A stretch of 50,422 bases of DNA from Hyphomicrobium sp. (lineage in GTDB: Bacteria > Pseudomonadota > Alphaproteobacteria > Rhizobiales > Hyphomicrobiaceae): the NCBI GenBank assembly GCA_051646145.1, contig JBOFCQ010000087.1, positions 1 to 50,422 of the forward strand. The letters run 5' to 3'. The translations under genes were made by a program, and so were the position numbers. Positions 48,698 through 50,422 of this stretch are shown here, in pieces. The stretch's first letter is position 1; each line of letters starts with the position of its first letter. Under the pieces are notes generated by a model, which worked only from the letters and a program-made list of their open reading frames with translations, was not told where the DNA came from and ran no database searches.

Positions 48698-50422
48698 TCA
48701 GTTCACGCGCGCCACTTCGACCAGATTGTCGGAGAACGACGGCGACCGGCCAAGGCCGCCCCATTCGTGCGACGAGATCGAATTGACGGAGCCGTCCGAG
48801 CGATTGAGCGAGCGCCAGTATCCGAGCGTCGCCACCACGATGCCGGGATTGACGTCTTCCGTCACACGCGCCACGCCTTCGAAGTCGCCGCGTCCGTTGA
48901 AGACGCGCACCGGATCGCCATCGCGCACGTTGCGCTTGGCGGCATCGACCGGTGAGATCATGACGAACTGCTCGCCCTGGCCTTTGATCTTGTGCGGCTC
49001 GTTAGCGTAGCACGAGTTCAGGAAGCCGTGGCTCTTCGGCGAGATGATGTTCAGCGAATACAGCTTGGCCTGATCGGGGTTGGTCTCGGGCGTTTCGCGC
49101 GGCGGGATGTAGCCCGGCAAGGCGTCGACCGGCGAACCATCTTGCTCGCCGTCGTACATCATGCGGAACGGACCGGCGACGAAGTTCTTGGCGTCGTGCA
49201 GAAGGAATTCCACCTTGCCGGACGGCGTTGGGAACTTACCGTTGGCGTGCGGTGCGCGCGTATCCACCGGGCCAACGTCGATACGGAAATAGCCGTGCGT
49301 CTTGAAATAATTCATGTCGACGCCGGACATCTTGGGGTCGTCCCAGTTGATGTAATAGGCGGCGAGTTCGCTGTCGGTCATTTTGAAAACGGGATCATCG
49401 AAGCCCATTTCCTTAGCGAGACGGCGCCACATCTCGCTTGTCGGCAGGCATTCGCCCGGCGGGTCGATGGCCTTGGCATTGTAGGTGAAATAGAAGTGAC
49501 CCCATGACCACATCATGTCTTCCGCTTCAGCCGCCATGGCGGCCGGCAGAACGATATCGGCATATTTTGCCGTGTCCGTCAGGAAGTGTTCGGCAACGAC
49601 GGTGAACAGATCTTCGCGCTGCAGACCGGCGACGATCTTGTTGGTCTCCGGTGCCTGAGACACCGGATTTGTGCAGTAAACAAATAGCGATTTGATCGGC
49701 GGATCGAGTTTCATCTCGCCGGTGAGCGCGGCGCCCAAACGCAAGTTGTTGACGACGCGCGTGCCGGGCTTGATCCAATCGGCGCGCGAGACTTTTGCCC
49801 AATCGACCGGGAAGTCCCAGAGCGGCATTTGCAGCAGTCCGCCGCCCGCGTGACGCCACGAGCCGACGAGTGCCGGCAAGGCACAGACGGCGCGAATGGC
49901 TTGCCCGCCGCCGGCACTGCGTTCCAACGCCACGCCGATGCGGATGACGCTCGGCTGCGCCGTTGCGAATTCCTTGGCGAACAGATTGATGTCGGCCGCT
50001 TTGACGCCGGTGACGCGCTCGACGTATTCGGGCGTGAATTCCGCGGCGCGGGCTTTCAGTTCGGCATAGCCATAGGTGTGATTGTCGACATAGTCCTGAT
50101 CGACGAGCCCCTGCTGGATGATGGCATTGATAAAGCCCATAGCGAGCGCGCCGTCAGTGCCGGGCTTCGGGCAGATGTGCCAATCGCCGGCTTTGGCCGT
50201 GCGTGACTTATAGGCGTCGATGACGACAACCTTGGCGCCGCGCTTCTGCGCTTCGAGCACGAACGGCCAGTGATGCAGGTTGGTCGAGATCGAATTGCAG
50301 GCCCAGACGACGATGTACTTGGACTGCACGAAGCTTTCAGGGTCGACGCCGCCCGTTGGCCCAACCGACATCAGCCATGCCGTCGATGAACCCGATGCGC
50401 AGAACGTCTTCTCGTTGACGGT
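48698..50422 (-). CDS. Molybdopterin-dependent oxidoreductase (DMSO-reductase superfamily), 5'-truncated by window edge
   Basis: Frame open to window end; PGTDGALA, FLTDTAKYADIVLPA, C-terminal molybdopterin-binding domain. Confidence 0.9.
   Translation of the reverse strand, partial: TVNEKTFCASGSSTAWLMSVGPTGGVDPESFVQSKYIVVWACNSISTNLHHWPFVLEAQKRGAKVVVIDAYKSRTAKAGDWHICPKPGTDGALAMGFINAIIQQGLVDQDYVDNHTYGYAELKARAAEFTPEYVERVTGVKAADINLFAKEFATAQPSVIRIGVALERSAGGGQAIRAVCALPALVGSWRHAGGGLLQMPLWDFPVDWAKVSRADWIKPGTRVVNNLRLGAALTGEMKLDPPIKSLFVYCTNPVSQAPETNKIVAGLQREDLFTVVAEHFLTDTAKYADIVLPAAMAAEAEDMMWSWGHFYFTYNAKAIDPPGECLPTSEMWRRLAKEMGFDDPVFKMTDSELAAYYINWDDPKMSGVDMNYFKTHGYFRIDVGPVDTRAPHANGKFPTPSGKVEFLLHDAKNFVAGPFRMMYDGEQDGSPVDALPGYIPPRETPETNPDQAKLYSLNIISPKSHGFLNSCYANEPHKIKGQGEQFVMISPVDAAKRNVRDGDPVRVFNGRGDFEGVARVTEDVNPGIVVATLGYWRSLNRSDGSVNSISSHEWGGLGRSPSFSDNLVEVARVN

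Overview
GC-rich alphaproteobacterial chromosomal segment, probably Hyphomicrobiales (inferred from gene content and synteny). 1-20 kb is mostly core genes: leuD/leuC, a VtlR/LsrB-like LysR, trxB, a kgtP-like MFS, mipA, radC-map, OmpA, an extended rplS and gshB, plus a candidate AbcR-like sRNA downstream of the LysR gene. At 20093-23000 lies a complete IS1595-family transporter element (TIRs, 8-bp target duplication). It carries a HEPN-like protein, a 55-aa ORF and an NYN ribonuclease preceded by a compact structured RNA, a candidate RNA-antitoxin module. It appears to have inserted between a LexA box and comM. Then follow comM, folD, DUF167, yggT and tRNA-Ala(CGC). After the tRNA come a second HEPN-like gene, a globin-coupled GGDEF-EAL sensor and an ~18 kb minus-strand group 2a [NiFe]-hydrogenase cluster. 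The cluster has a sigma54 activator with a degenerate receiver, a sigma54 promoter and FNR box, two signal-less HiPIP-like proteins, TPR, NifU-Rieske, NHL, SIS, hypFCDEAB and a Ni transporter. The window ends in a 5'-truncated molybdopterin oxidoreductase. All calls come from reading the sequence; no database searches were run.
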